From Rhodobacterales bacterium (lineage in GTDB: Bacteria; Pseudomonadota; Alphaproteobacteria; Caulobacterales; Hyphomonadaceae), in contig JACXUV010000005.1 in assembly GCA_014763715.1 (NCBI GenBank), positions 21,417 to 85,416 of the forward strand: a stretch of 64,000 nucleotides of DNA, read 5' to 3'. Shown one piece after another: positions 48,234 to 57,763 of this stretch (positions within the stretch are counted from its first letter, which is position 1; each line of letters starts with the position of its first letter). A program made the translations under genes and the position numbers. Under the pieces are notes generated by a model. It had not been told where the DNA came from. It did not search any database and saw only the letters and a program-made list of their open reading frames with translations.

Positions 48234-48686
48234 CTAGCCCAGCGGATGCAGGAGGCGGGGCAGTTTGCGGCCCGGGATAGAGCCGGATTCGGCGGTGCCG
48301 CTGCGCATGGCGCCAAGGTGTTCGTAGAAGGCGGCGGCGTCCGGGTCTGAATCGATCCGCAAGTTCCGTGCGCCGTTTTCCCGCGCCACGCGGCAGGCCC
48401 AGACATAGAGCAGCTTGCCTGTCCCCTCGCCCAGACGGTCCGGCTCCACGAAGAGTTTCTCCAGCACGGCATCCTCGCCCTGTTTCGACAGCTGCACGAG
48501 ACCGGCCACGCCGCGCTTGTCCTCAGCCAGCATGATCGCGTCTTCGGCAAGGTCGCGCGGCGTGACGGTCAGCTCCGCCGCGAAGGCTTCCAGCATGTCC
48601 GCGGGATAGCCCCAATGCGCCTTGGACCGCAGGCAGAGCGCGGACAGGGCCGCCAGTTCATCAGGTTTCGGTTCACGCAGGATCAT
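48234..48686 (-). CDS. GNAT N-acetyltransferase
   Basis: LRSKAHWGY, LFVEP..LG.G.GK.L, DSDP.A..FY..LGA; real start MILREP. Confidence 0.9.
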   Translation of the reverse strand: MILREPKPDELAALSALCLRSKAHWGYPADMLEAFAAELTVTPRDLAEDAIMLAEDKRGVAGLVQLSKQGEDAVLEKLFVEPDRLGEGTGKLLYVWACRVARENGARNLRIDSDPDAAAFYEHLGAMRSGTAESGSIPGRKLPRLLHPLG

Positions 48687-48737
48687 TGACAGGCCTCTTC
48701 CTGGCAGGCGTTGCCCCTTGACTCCGGCACACAAAAT

Positions 48738-48752
48738 GTTCTCTTTATGTTC
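48738..48752. promoter_or_regulatory. Alphaproteobacterial LexA (SOS) box
   Basis: GTTC-tctttat-GTTC (GTTC-N7-GTTC) 25 nt upstream of the Y-polymerase start; further GTTC half-sites follow. Confidence 0.85.
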
Positions 48753-48776
48753 ACGTTCGTTTTCCGGGTTCGTCCG

Positions 48777-50042
48777 ATGCGCCTGCCGACTGAAATCGAG
48801 TCTCTCTATATCGACTTCGATGCCTTCTTCGCAAATGCCGAGAAGCAATTGCGCCCGGAACTTCGCGGCAGGCCGGTGGGGGTGATCCCGCTGGCGTCCG
48901 AATATTCGGGCTTGATCGCCTGCTGTTACCAGGCCAAGGCCTGCGGGCTGAAACGCGGTACATCCGTGCGCGAGGCACGGGAGCGATGCCCCGGCATCGC
49001 CCTGCCGGTGGCCAGGCATGATGAATATGTGAAGCTGCATCACAGGATCCTCGCCGAACTCGACCGGCATGCGCCGGTGCGCAAGGTCTGGTCGGTGGAC
49101 GAGATGGAATTCGCGCTGATCGGATCGGAACGCCGCCGTGCTGAAGAGATTGCCCTGGCTATGCGAAAGGGCCTCAGGGAAGCGTTCGGCCCCTGGCTGA
49201 CGGCCTCCATCGGCCTTGCCCCGAACCAGTTCCTGGCCAAGGTCGCAGCAGAGATGAACAAGCCGGAAGGCCTGATCGTGCTGCGCCCGGAGGATTTGCC
49301 CGGCCCCCTCTTCGACCTTGCCCTGCAGGACCTGCCGGGCATATCGGGACGGATGCAGACCCGGCTCGGCAAGGCCGGCGTGTTCACGGTGGAGCAGCTG
49401 TGGAATCTGTCGCCCAAGCAGGCGCGCGCCATCTGGAACAGTGTGGAAGGCGAGCGCATGTGGGCGCAGCTGCACGGCTATGCCGTCTCCCGGCCGGAAA
49501 CCGAGCGACGCATGTTCGGACACGGACGGGTTCTTTCCGGTGAATGGCGCCAGCCGGCAAAAGCGCGGGACTGCCTGCGCCTGCTGACGGCCAAGGCCGC
49601 AAGGCGCCTGCGCCGCGAGAACTATCTCGCCCGCGCCATTCACGTGTCCATCGGCGCGCAGGATGGACGGCGCTGGAGCGGCGATACGGGCTTTTCCCCG
49701 GCGCGGGACGATCACACTTTCCTGCAGCAGGCCTCTGCCCTGTTCGATACCGGGATGGACGTGCTGCGTGCGCGGCAACTCTCCAAGGTCTCGGTTTTCC
49801 TGCACGACATCAGCCGCCCGGGCGAGACCAGCGGCGACCTGTTCGAACAGGCCAGCCTGGCCACGGAGCGCGCCCGCTGGGAACGGGTGACCGATGCGAT
49901 GGATGCCCTGAACGCCCGCAATGGTGCCTGCGTGGTCTCGCTCGGCACCCGCAAGGAGCCGCCGGGCGGCTATGCCGGTGCGAAAATTGCCTTCGGCCGC
50001 GTGCCGGACCTTCATGATTTCCTGACTGCACCCGCAGACTGA
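48777..50042 (+). CDS. Y-family translesion DNA polymerase (DinB/UmuC-like)
   Basis: YIDFDAFFA, CYQAKACG, WSVDE catalytic motif, SIGLAPNQFLAKVA, C-terminal MDALNAR.G; start ATG 48777. Confidence 0.9.
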   Translation: MRLPTEIESLYIDFDAFFANAEKQLRPELRGRPVGVIPLASEYSGLIACCYQAKACGLKRGTSVREARERCPGIALPVARHDEYVKLHHRILAELDRHAPVRKVWSVDEMEFALIGSERRRAEEIALAMRKGLREAFGPWLTASIGLAPNQFLAKVAAEMNKPEGLIVLRPEDLPGPLFDLALQDLPGISGRMQTRLGKAGVFTVEQLWNLSPKQARAIWNSVEGERMWAQLHGYAVSRPETERRMFGHGRVLSGEWRQPAKARDCLRLLTAKAARRLRRENYLARAIHVSIGAQDGRRWSGDTGFSPARDDHTFLQQASALFDTGMDVLRARQLSKVSVFLHDISRPGETSGDLFEQASLATERARWERVTDAMDALNARNGACVVSLGTRKEPPGGYAGAKIAFGRVPDLHDFLTAPAD

Positions 50043-50141
50043 TACGAGGCCCGAGCCTTATGCAGGGTCTGACCTTACGCAGGGCAAGGGCTTGCCCGGC
50101 GGGCCATTCGCGCCTTCTTTGCATGCCAGGAGGAAACAGAT

Positions 50142-51080
50142 ATGAGCGCACAGCCAATCCGCACCCGCATCACTGACATGCTGGGCATCGAGAAACCCAT
50201 CATCCAGGCCGCTATGGGCTGGATCGCCCGGTCGCAGCTGTCATCTGCTGTCTCGAATGCCGGCGGCATGGGCATCATCGAAACCTCGTCCGGAGAACTC
50301 GATGCCGTGCGCGAGGAGATCCGGAAGATGAAAACGCTGACGGACAAGCCGTTTGGCGTGAACGTGGCGCAGGCCTTCGTGCGCGATCCGGACATCGTGC
50401 AATTCATCATCGACCAGGGCATCAAGTTCGTCACCACCTCGGCTGGCGACCCGATGAAATATACCGGCATGTTGAAGGAGGCGGGCCTCACCGTGTTCCA
50501 CGTCGTGCCCTCACTTCAGGGCGCGATGCGGGCGATCGAGGCTGGCGTGGACGGCCTGATCGTGGAAGGCGGTGAAGGCGGCGGCTTCAAGAACCCGAAG
50601 GATGTGGCCAGCATGGTGCTGATCCCGCAGGTGTGCGAGGCGGTGGATGTGCCCGTCGTGGCCGCGGGCGGCATCATGGACGGACGCACCATGGCCGCAG
50701 CCTTCTGCCTTGGCGCAGAGGGCGTGCTGATGGGCACGCGCATTCTGTCTTCAGCCGAAAGCCCGGTGCACCAGAACTGGAAGGATGCCATCGTTGCAGC
50801 AGATTCTACCGACACGGTATTCCTGAACCGCAGCGGACCCGGCCCGGCCCTGCGGGCGCTGCGCACGGAACGGACCAGCCGGATCCAGACTGAAGGTGTC
50901 GACAACATCTTCGGCGAATTCGCCGGCACGCAGCAGGTCTATTTCAGTGGCGACCTTGAGGCCGGCATTGCGCTGACCGGACAGGTCGCCGGACGCATCA
51001 AGAACGTGAAGCCGGTTGCGCAAATCTTCGAGGAGACGGTCGAGGAATACCACCGCGTCGTGGCGTCCCTGCCCCGTTAA
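50142..51080 (+). CDS. Nitronate monooxygenase / FabK-like flavin oxidoreductase
   Basis: PIIQAAMGW, AVSNAGGMG, TDKPFGVN, EG.EGGG, VAAGGI.DGR, GV.MGTR. Confidence 0.9.
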   Translation: MSAQPIRTRITDMLGIEKPIIQAAMGWIARSQLSSAVSNAGGMGIIETSSGELDAVREEIRKMKTLTDKPFGVNVAQAFVRDPDIVQFIIDQGIKFVTTSAGDPMKYTGMLKEAGLTVFHVVPSLQGAMRAIEAGVDGLIVEGGEGGGFKNPKDVASMVLIPQVCEAVDVPVVAAGGIMDGRTMAAAFCLGAEGVLMGTRILSSAESPVHQNWKDAIVAADSTDTVFLNRSGPGPALRALRTERTSRIQTEGVDNIFGEFAGTQQVYFSGDLEAGIALTGQVAGRIKNVKPVAQIFEETVEEYHRVVASLPR

Positions 51081-51092
51081 GGCACCAGGGCT

Positions 51093-51620
51093 TCAGTGCC
51101 CGACGCCGGGGCTGCTCACCCAGTGGATTTCCGGGTCTTCGAGGGCGTGCATGCCCTTCAGCTCAAAGACATTGCGGTAGCCATAGCCATAGAGATTGAT
51201 GAAGGTCGGCACGTTGAGCGCCAGCGGCGCACTCTTCAGCATGACGGGGGCGACATCGTCCTCGAAATTGTTGTTGCAATAGATCAGGATGCGCGTGTCC
51301 TTTGACGGGATCGCGGCGGCGAGCTTCTCCTCGGTGAAGTCCGAGAAGTTCACATTGATCGCGCCTTCGATATGGCCCATGGCGAAAGCGTCGGCGCTGC
51401 GCGAGTCGAGGATGATCGTGCCGGGCTCGTCCTTCATCTCGTTGAACTCGATCAGGGAGACGAGATGCTGCTGGCGATAGGCGGCCACTTCTTCGGTGAT
51501 GCCGAGGAAGCCATCATAGTCGATGAAGGAGTCCTTTTGCTGCGCATTGGCCGCAAGGCCGCAACCGATGAAGGTGGCGATGGTCAGCAGGCCAATTATC
51601 GTGTTCCGCTTCACGCCCAT
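51093..51620 (-). CDS. Secreted rhodanese-like domain protein
   Basis: Signal peptide, ILDSRS..AF..GHIEGAINV, ILIYCNNN active-site Cys; start at MGVKRN inferred. Confidence 0.82.
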   Translation of the reverse strand: MGVKRNTIIGLLTIATFIGCGLAANAQQKDSFIDYDGFLGITEEVAAYRQQHLVSLIEFNEMKDEPGTIILDSRSADAFAMGHIEGAINVNFSDFTEEKLAAAIPSKDTRILIYCNNNFEDDVAPVMLKSAPLALNVPTFINLYGYGYRNVFELKGMHALEDPEIHWVSSPGVGH

Positions 51621-51714
51621 GACGTGTCTCCCAGTTCCTGTTTTGTGAACTATCGCTCGCAATTGAGGCAGGAAAATGGGCATGACAGGCCCCTTGTAGG
51701 GAGTTTGTGATACT

Positions 51715-52614
51715 TCAGGCCCGGGGGTGAGCCGCAGCGTGCACTTCGCGCAGGCGGCTGGCATCGACGCCGGTATAGACCTGCGTGGTCGAGAGCGAAG
51801 CGTGACCAAGAAGCGTCTGAATCGCGCGCAGGTCTGCCCCGGCGGCGAGGAGATGTGTTGCGAAGGCATGGCGCAAGGCGTGCGGTGTCGCCGTGTCCGG
51901 CAGGCCCAGCAGGCCGCGCAGACGCTGGACAAGGCCCTGGATCAGGCGGGGATTCAGCGCGCCGCCCTTCGCGCCCCGGAACAGGGGCTGCGTCCGCGTC
52001 AGCGCATAGGGACATTGTTCCGCATAGAAATTGATCGCGTCGCGTACTGCGGGGATCAGCGGCACGATGCGCACCTTGCCGCCCTTGCCGGTGATGCGCA
52101 GGCGTTCGGGCGCAGGCACTTCACCGCCCGTCAGGCTCAGCGCTTCGGAGATACGCAGCCCTGCCCCATAGAGCAGCGACAGCACGGCCGCATCGCGCGC
52201 ATTGATCCAGGGCGCGACATCCGGATCGTCAGCGGCCTCATTGATCATGTCCTTCGCCGCCTCAGCCGAAACCGGACGCGGCAGGCGCGCAGGGCGCTTC
52301 GGCCCTTGCAGGTAGGCCACTTCCGCATTCTCGATGTCAAAGGCCCGGTTCAGCCAGCGGTACAATGCCTTGATGGAAGAGAGCAGCCGCGCCACCGACG
52401 CATCCGACAGGCCGTCGCGGCGGCGCTGGGCAATATGGGCGCGGATGTCGCGCGCCTTCAGTTCGCCCAGCAGTTCCGGGGTCGGCTCCTCACCCATGTG
52501 ATGACGCAGGAAATTGAAGAATTCCGCGAGGTCGGAGCGGTAGGCATCCACCGTCTTCGCCGCCATGCGGCGCTCATGGGAGAGGTATTCAACGAAGGCG
52601 GGCAGCGTTTCCAT
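51715..52614 (-). CDS. xerC: Tyrosine recombinase XerC
   Basis: LYGAGLRISE (R), GKGGK.R (K), TPHALRHAFATH (HxxR), LGH, TTQVYT (Y); no att sites or mobile genes nearby. XerC versus XerD assigned by sequence style. Confidence 0.85.
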   Translation of the reverse strand: METLPAFVEYLSHERRMAAKTVDAYRSDLAEFFNFLRHHMGEEPTPELLGELKARDIRAHIAQRRRDGLSDASVARLLSSIKALYRWLNRAFDIENAEVAYLQGPKRPARLPRPVSAEAAKDMINEAADDPDVAPWINARDAAVLSLLYGAGLRISEALSLTGGEVPAPERLRITGKGGKVRIVPLIPAVRDAINFYAEQCPYALTRTQPLFRGAKGGALNPRLIQGLVQRLRGLLGLPDTATPHALRHAFATHLLAAGADLRAIQTLLGHASLSTTQVYTGVDASRLREVHAAAHPRA

Positions 52615-52674
52615 CCCACCAGACTGCCAGAGGCGGCTTAAGGAGAGGTTGTCAGGGCGAACTCCGCCCTCCTC

Positions 52675-53124
52675 TCAGGGCTCATTGCCTTCCCAGTCGA
52701 CGATCCAGTCTTCGGGGTCTTCATCGAACACTGTGTCTTCCGACACGGTCCGGCCCCGGACGGAATTGCCTGTTGTGTGGACGCGGTTGCGGTCGCCACA
52801 GACAAGGTGATGCCATTCCGGCAGGTCTTTTCCCTCCAGCACCAGGCGATAGGCGCAGGTGCGGGGCATCCATTTGATCTCGGCCACATTCTGCGGCGTC
52901 AGGATCACGCAGTCCTCGACGATTTTCTTGCGGTTCTCATAGTCCATGCAGGTACAGGCCTGCCCATCCAGCAGGCGGCAATGCAGGCGCGTATAGGCGA
53001 TCTCACCGGTATCCTCGTCTTCCAGTTTCAGCAGGCAGCATTTGGCGCAACCATCGCAGAGCGACTCCCACTCGTCCCGCGTCATCTGCTCCAGCGTCTT
53101 CTGTTTCCAGAACGGCGTACTCAT
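52675..53124 (-). CDS. YcgN / UPF0260 cysteine-cluster protein
   Basis: FW..K.L..M...EWESLCDGCAKCCL.KL, C..Y..R....DC, W.P.TCAYR. Confidence 0.92.
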   Translation of the reverse strand: MSTPFWKQKTLEQMTRDEWESLCDGCAKCCLLKLEDEDTGEIAYTRLHCRLLDGQACTCMDYENRKKIVEDCVILTPQNVAEIKWMPRTCAYRLVLEGKDLPEWHHLVCGDRNRVHTTGNSVRGRTVSEDTVFDEDPEDWIVDWEGNEP

Positions 53125-53396
53125 GCCTGAACAGCCGACCATTCCGGCACTTTCTCGATCAGGGCGCTGGCAAACCAGCAGCTGGACGAGACGGTTTCCC
53201 CGCTGGCGATCACATCCTGCATGGCGGCCTGGACGAGGCGCTTGCCAAGGCCGCGTCCGCCGAGCGGACCCGGCACGATCGTATGTGTGATGTGAACATG
53301 CCCTTCGGAGGGGCGTTCATAGGTGAGATAGGCTTCGATGCCATTCTCGAAATACGAATAGCGCATCCGGTTCGGGTCGTGGGTAATGTCGCTCAT
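53121..53396 (-). CDS. Small YjdJ-like GNAT (Acetyltransf_CG), paralog 1
   Basis: HTIVP..LGGRGLGK.LV, SSCWFA. Confidence 0.85.
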   Translation of the reverse strand: MSDITHDPNRMRYSYFENGIEAYLTYERPSEGHVHITHTIVPGPLGGRGLGKRLVQAAMQDVIASGETVSSSCWFASALIEKVPEWSAVQA

Positions 53397-53680
53397 GCCA
53401 GGACGTCCTGCCATTCCTTGTGTTTCTGGATCTGCGCCTTCGCAAAGGGGCAGAGCGGGATGATCTTCAGGCCCGCCGCGCGCGCCTCCTCGACAGCACG
53501 CCGGACAAGTGCCACGCCGACACCGCGTCCGCCAAGCTCTTTCGGCACGCCGGTATGGTCGATGATGATGCGGGAGGTGCCGGCCTTGGAATAGGTCATC
53601 TCGGCTTCATACCCGTCCACGACAGTCACATAGCGTCCGCCGGTTTCACCGTCTTCCTTGCGAATATCGAACTCTTCCAT
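53393..53680 (-). CDS. Small YjdJ-like GNAT (Acetyltransf_CG), paralog 2
   Basis: IIDHTGVPKELGGRGVG..LV, IIPLCPFAK; start MEEFDI. Confidence 0.9.
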   Translation of the reverse strand: MEEFDIRKEDGETGGRYVTVVDGYEAEMTYSKAGTSRIIIDHTGVPKELGGRGVGVALVRRAVEEARAAGLKIIPLCPFAKAQIQKHKEWQDVLA

Positions 53681-53791
53681 AGCCGCGCTCCTGTTGCCGC
53701 GTCTCAATCTGGGCGGCGGATACCCCATGCGCAAGCGAAAGCCGCCTGGCACCCCAGACGGCTCCCACATTCTGCTTCTGCCTTGCACCTG

Positions 53792-54220
53792 TCAGACGAC
53801 CGACAGGGCAACGTCGATATTGTTGCGGGTAGCGTTCGAATACGGGCAGACGGCATGCGCCTTCTGGACGAGTTCTTCGGCCAGCGCCTTGTCGAGGCCG
53901 GGCAACTCTACTGCAAGTGCCACGGTCAGCCCAAAACCGCCTTCAGCCCGCGGACCGATGCCGACCGTGGATGTCACCTTCGCATCCGTCGGCACTTTCA
54001 GGTGCTTGTTCTGGGCGGCCACGGCCTTCATAGCGCCGATGAAACAGGCGGCATAGCCTGCTGCGAACAGCTGTTCGGGATTGTTGCCGCTGCCCCCTGC
54101 TCCGCCAAGTTCCTTAGGCGTGGCCAGGTCCACCCGGAAGGAACCGTCCAGCGTTTCAGCGTGGCCATCCCGGCCACCGGTTGCAACTGCCTGGGTCTTG
54201 TAGAGCACATTCACGGACAT
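53792..54220 (-). CDS. ohr: Organic hydroperoxide resistance protein
   Basis: GGRDG, NPEQLFAAGYAACF, AHAVCPYSNATR. Confidence 0.97.
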   Translation of the reverse strand: MSVNVLYKTQAVATGGRDGHAETLDGSFRVDLATPKELGGAGGSGNNPEQLFAAGYAACFIGAMKAVAAQNKHLKVPTDAKVTSTVGIGPRAEGGFGLTVALAVELPGLDKALAEELVQKAHAVCPYSNATRNNIDVALSVV

Positions 54221-54234
54221 AAGTCGCCTCATTG

Positions 54235-54317
54235 ATATTGCGATAATGTTTATTGCGATAATTATTTCTCATTTAGCTCACCTATGGCCATTGTCAAGAA
54301 AATATTTATCGCGATAT
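54235..54317. promoter_or_regulatory. Three palindromic putative OhrR operators
   Basis: ATATTGCGATAA (54235), TTATTGCGATAA (54250), TTATCGCGATAT (54306) in the AT-rich ohr/ohrR divergent region. Confidence 0.6.
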
Positions 54318-54348
54318 ATGTTTCGCTGTCGCCCAAAGGAGGCTCGCC

Positions 54349-54810
54349 ATGCAGTCATCATCCGCTCAGGCTATTGGGATCCCCAGTCTCGACGATCACC
54401 TGTGCCTCGGCATCTATTCCGCGAGCCTTGCAATTCAGAGGACCTACAAGCCCATGCTGGATGCGATGGGCATCACCTATCCGCAATATCTCGTCCTGCA
54501 CCTGCTCTGGACCGAGGACGGCCAGACTGTGGGCCATCTGGCCCGTCAACTGGACCTTGAGCCCAGCACGTTGACCCCGCTGCTGAAACGGCTCGAAGCC
54601 GCCGGCCATGTCACGCGGGAGCGCAATCCGGAAAATGAGCGGCAGGTGCTGATACATGTGACGGAGAAGGGCCGCGCCCTTCAGGCGGAAGTTGGCTGCA
54701 TGGGCGCCGCGCTTATCGCCAATTCCAGCATGAGCCTGGAAGAACTGGCCGAGCTGAACCGGAAGGTCCGGCAGCTGCGCGATAACCTCAACCAGCACCT
54801 CGAAAAATAG
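54349..54810 (+). CDS. ohrR: MarR-family organic hydroperoxide sensor OhrR
   Basis: LDDHLCLGIYSAS (sensing Cys), ITYPQYLVL..LW, TLTPLLKRLE; divergent from ohr. Confidence 0.93.
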   Translation: MQSSSAQAIGIPSLDDHLCLGIYSASLAIQRTYKPMLDAMGITYPQYLVLHLLWTEDGQTVGHLARQLDLEPSTLTPLLKRLEAAGHVTRERNPENERQVLIHVTEKGRALQAEVGCMGAALIANSSMSLEELAELNRKVRQLRDNLNQHLEK

Positions 54811-54878
54811 AGAGCCAAACGCATACCGGGGCGCGCGGCATTCCCGCAGCGCCCCGGCACTTGCGATGAGACCGGCGG

Positions 54879-55055
54879 TCAGCGCTTGCCGCTGACCTTG
54901 TCTTTGACATCGCCGACTTTCTCGCGGACTTCGCCTTCGGCCTTGTCCAGCTTGCCCTTCATCTCAAGGCTCTTGTCGCCGATTGCCTTGCCGGCGGCCT
55001 CCTTGAGGGTGCCTTCGGCCTTCTTGGCGGCGCTTTTCACATGCTCCTTGTTCAT
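54879..55055 (-). CDS. csbD: CsbD-family general stress protein (58 aa, not in ORF track)
   Basis: Hand translation: MNKEHVKSAAKKAEGTLKEAAGKAIGDKSLEMKGKLDKAEGEVREKVGDVKDKVSGKR; RBS AAAGGAG. Confidence 0.9.
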   Translation of the reverse strand: MNKEHVKSAAKKAEGTLKEAAGKAIGDKSLEMKGKLDKAEGEVREKVGDVKDKVSGKR

Positions 55056-55098
55056 TTGCGTCTCCTTTCGTCTGCCGCATCAGTGCGGTCATTCAATC

Positions 55099-55123
55099 AA
55101 CGCGCGGGCGCCGGGAAAGGTCC
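55099..55123 (-). promoter_or_regulatory. EcfG/sigmaT-type general-stress promoter of csbD
   Basis: Minus strand GGACC-N16-CGTT versus consensus GGAAC-N16/17-CGTT. Confidence 0.6.
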
Positions 55124-55184
55124 GAAAAAGCTTCAGGCCCTGCGCTGCCCCCTGTTCAAGGCGCGCCCGCGAAGCTAGGCCAGC

Positions 55185-57047
55185 ATGGCCATGACCCGCC
55201 TGCTGACACAGCCCGACATCGACTGGAAAGACGACGGCACGCCGGTCGCCCGGGCGGCGGGTGACGTCTATTTCACGGCAGGTGACGGGCTCGGCGAAAC
55301 GCGGGCCGTATTTCTCACCGGCTGCGGCCTGCCGGAGGGCTGGCGCGGGCGGGAGACCTTCACCATTGCCGAGACGGGCTTCGGCACAGGGCTGAACTTC
55401 CTCGCCGCCTGGGATCTCTGGCGCCAGAGCCGGCCATCCCCCACCGCCTTTCTTCATTTTGTGAGCTATGAAGGCTTCCCGCTCGCCCCGGCGGATGTGA
55501 CCCGCGCCCTGTCGGCGTGGCCGGAGCTGGCAGACCTGTCACAACAGCTGATCGCCGTCTGGCCCGGCCCTGTACGCGGCGTACGCCATTTCGTCTGGCC
55601 AGAGGATGGCGTCACGCTCACACTCCACCTCGCTGATATTGCTGAGTCTTTTCCGGACAGCGTTTACCATGCCGATGCCTGGTTTCTCGACGGGTTCAGC
55701 CCGGCGAAGAATGAGGACATGTGGGCGGCAGACCTCTTCAAATGGGTCAGTGAACGCAGCGTGCCCGGCGCCCCCGCTGCCACCTTTACCGTGGCGGGCG
55801 CCGTGCGGCGCGGCCTTGCCGATGCAGGATTCTCCGTCGCCAAAGCACCCGGCCATGGCCGCAAGCGGGAGCGGCTGGAGGCCCGGCTCGCCACGCCGCC
55901 CGCCCCGCAACCGGATGTTTATGGCATCGGCCGGCCCATGCCTCCCGTGAAACGTGTCGCCATTCTGGGGACAGGCATTGCCGGAGCGAGCGCTGCTCAT
56001 GCCCTGCACCAACTGGGCGCCGAACCGGTCCTGTTCGATCCGGCAAACGGCCCGGCCAGTGGTGGCAGCGGCAATCCTATGGGCCTCGTCATGCCGCGCC
56101 TCGACGCAGGCGACACGGCGCAGTCACGGCTGCTGATCGATGCCTACCTCGCCGCGCGGGAGACCTATCGCGGCCATCCGGGCGTAACCGAAACAGATGT
56201 GCGACAGGTGCCGAAGGACGACGCCGAAGCCGCGCGGTTCGAGAAACTCCTGGCCGACCCGCCGCTGCCACTGGAAGACCTTGAGGCCCTCGCGGGCGGC
56301 GGCCTGCTGCACAAGCGCGCGCTGATCGTGGAACCGGCGAAGCTGATCCCTTCCCTGCTGGAAGGAATGAAACAGCACTATGGCGCCGTGCCGGACGTGG
56401 ACCTCGCCACCCGCCGGGTGAATGGCGAAACCTTCGACGCCATCATCCTCGCCAATGGCATGACGGCAGGCGCGATGCTGCCCTGGCTTGGCCTTGAAGC
56501 GCGGATGGGCCAGGTGGATTTCACCGACGGCCCGGCGAATGCGCCGCCCTTCGCCATGGCAAGCGGCACCTATGCCCTCGCCCTTGGTCCGCGGCGCCTA
56601 TGGGGCGCAACCTTCGACAAGGTCCCGCCGGATACTGTTCCCTTCACTTCCGATGAGGCGCGCGCCGAGAACCTGAAAGGCGTCGAGACGCTTTCCCCCT
56701 ACTGGATCCGCGACACGAAAGGGCCGGACATCAGCTCCCGCGCCAGCCTACGTGCCACGACCGCCGACCGCCTGCCGCTGATCGGCGCGGTGCCCGATCA
56801 TGATGCCTTTCTCGAAGCCTTTGCCGGAATGCGAAAAGGGCGCCCGGCAGATGCGGACGCCCCTTTGATGGATCGTATTTTTGTCTCGTCTGGCTTTGGC
56901 GCCCGAGGCTTCACCTGGGGCCCATGGGCCGGCGCAATTCTCGCCGCCCGCCTCTGCGGCGCGCCTGCCCCGGCCAGCCGGTCCGCGCTGGAAGCTGTCG
57001 CCCCGGCACGGCTGCTGCTCAGAGCGCTAAAGCGTGGTCGCGCCTAG
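55185..57047 (+). CDS. mnmC: Bifunctional tRNA mnm5s2U34 methyltransferase / FAD-dependent oxidoreductase
   Basis: [44 protein letters not shown]; FAD domain [18 protein letters not shown]. Confidence 0.94.
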   Translation: MAMTRLLTQPDIDWKDDGTPVARAAGDVYFTAGDGLGETRAVFLTGCGLPEGWRGRETFTIAETGFGTGLNFLAAWDLWRQSRPSPTAFLHFVSYEGFPLAPADVTRALSAWPELADLSQQLIAVWPGPVRGVRHFVWPEDGVTLTLHLADIAESFPDSVYHADAWFLDGFSPAKNEDMWAADLFKWVSERSVPGAPAATFTVAGAVRRGLADAGFSVAKAPGHGRKRERLEARLATPPAPQPDVYGIGRPMPPVKRVAILGTGIAGASAAHALHQLGAEPVLFDPANGPASGGSGNPMGLVMPRLDAGDTAQSRLLIDAYLAARETYRGHPGVTETDVRQVPKDDAEAARFEKLLADPPLPLEDLEALAGGGLLHKRALIVEPAKLIPSLLEGMKQHYGAVPDVDLATRRVNGETFDAIILANGMTAGAMLPWLGLEARMGQVDFTDGPANAPPFAMASGTYALALGPRRLWGATFDKVPPDTVPFTSDEARAENLKGVETLSPYWIRDTKGPDISSRASLRATTADRLPLIGAVPDHDAFLEAFAGMRKGRPADADAPLMDRIFVSSGFGARGFTWGPWAGAILAARLCGAPAPASRSALEAVAPARLLLRALKRGRA

Positions 57048-57236
57048 CGCATCTGCCGTGCGGATCACCGCCAGGCGCAAACCGCCATCCTCATGCGGTG
57101 TGAAAGACAGTTCCAGCCCCGCCATTTCGAAGGCCATGTGGCCCTGCACGACCGAAATCACGACCATCGCCGCCACGATTACCAGCGTGATCGCGAAGAT
57201 CAGCCAGTTATTGGTCAGAAAGGTCCCCTTGCTCAT
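57027..57236 (-). CDS. Hypothetical small membrane protein at the end of the psp operon
   Basis: One strong TM helix; same strand, 63 nt after pspC, RBS AAAGGA. Confidence 0.6.
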   Translation of the reverse strand: MSKGTFLTNNWLIFAITLVIVAAMVVISVVQGHMAFEMAGLELSFTPHEDGGLRLAVIRTADALGATTL

Positions 57237-57299
57237 TGTTCCGTTCCTTTACCGGAGTCTATCTGTTGGTCTTGCCGCTGTTTTTATTTTGTGTGCGGA

Positions 57300-57752
57300 T
57301 CAGTTGTTGCCCTGTTCGAGGTCGCGGAATTCCTTGCGCAGGCGCCACTCATCGGAAGTGACCTTGCGCTCGATGTCCCGCAGGCGTTCGTCGAGGTCCA
57401 TGAAGGTGTATTTGAGATTGCCGAAGGTCACGCGGGGGCGATCAGACACGTTACGCCAGAAGGCATCTTCGTCCGGCGTGATCGCCGCGCGCCCAAAAGG
57501 GACGCGCGGAGTAATCATCCAGAGCGTGACATAAACGATGAGCGCCAGCGGCCCCATCACGAAGAAGAAGGCGAGCACAGCCAGGACACGGACCAGGACA
57601 GGCTCCCAGCCAAAGCGCTCGGCAAGGCCGCCGCAGACGCCGGCGATGACCTTGTCATCACGCGAGCGGTAAAAACGCTTCGGGTTTGGGGAACCATATG
57701 CCGGGTCGTCGCCGTGATAGGCATCGCGATATGGGCGGGAATGGCGGGACAT
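57300..57752 (-). CDS. pspC: Phage shock protein C
   Basis: RFYRSRDDKVIAGVCGGLAE.FG, TM helix, C-terminal RL..IE..VTS.E..L..EF. Confidence 0.93.
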   Translation of the reverse strand: MSRHSRPYRDAYHGDDPAYGSPNPKRFYRSRDDKVIAGVCGGLAERFGWEPVLVRVLAVLAFFFVMGPLALIVYVTLWMITPRVPFGRAAITPDEDAFWRNVSDRPRVTFGNLKYTFMDLDERLRDIERKVTSDEWRLRKEFRDLEQGNN

Positions 57753-57763
57753 TGAATGTTTCC

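Noticed and set aside
48234-50015. 593-aa minus-strand ORF suggesting a long GNAT fusion
   Set aside because: The upstream part is antisense to the Y-family polymerase; the GNAT starts at 48686.
51715-52614. Tyrosine recombinase as a sign of a prophage or integrative element
   Set aside because: Its size and motifs fit housekeeping XerC; no att repeats, tRNA, excisionase or phage genes flank it.
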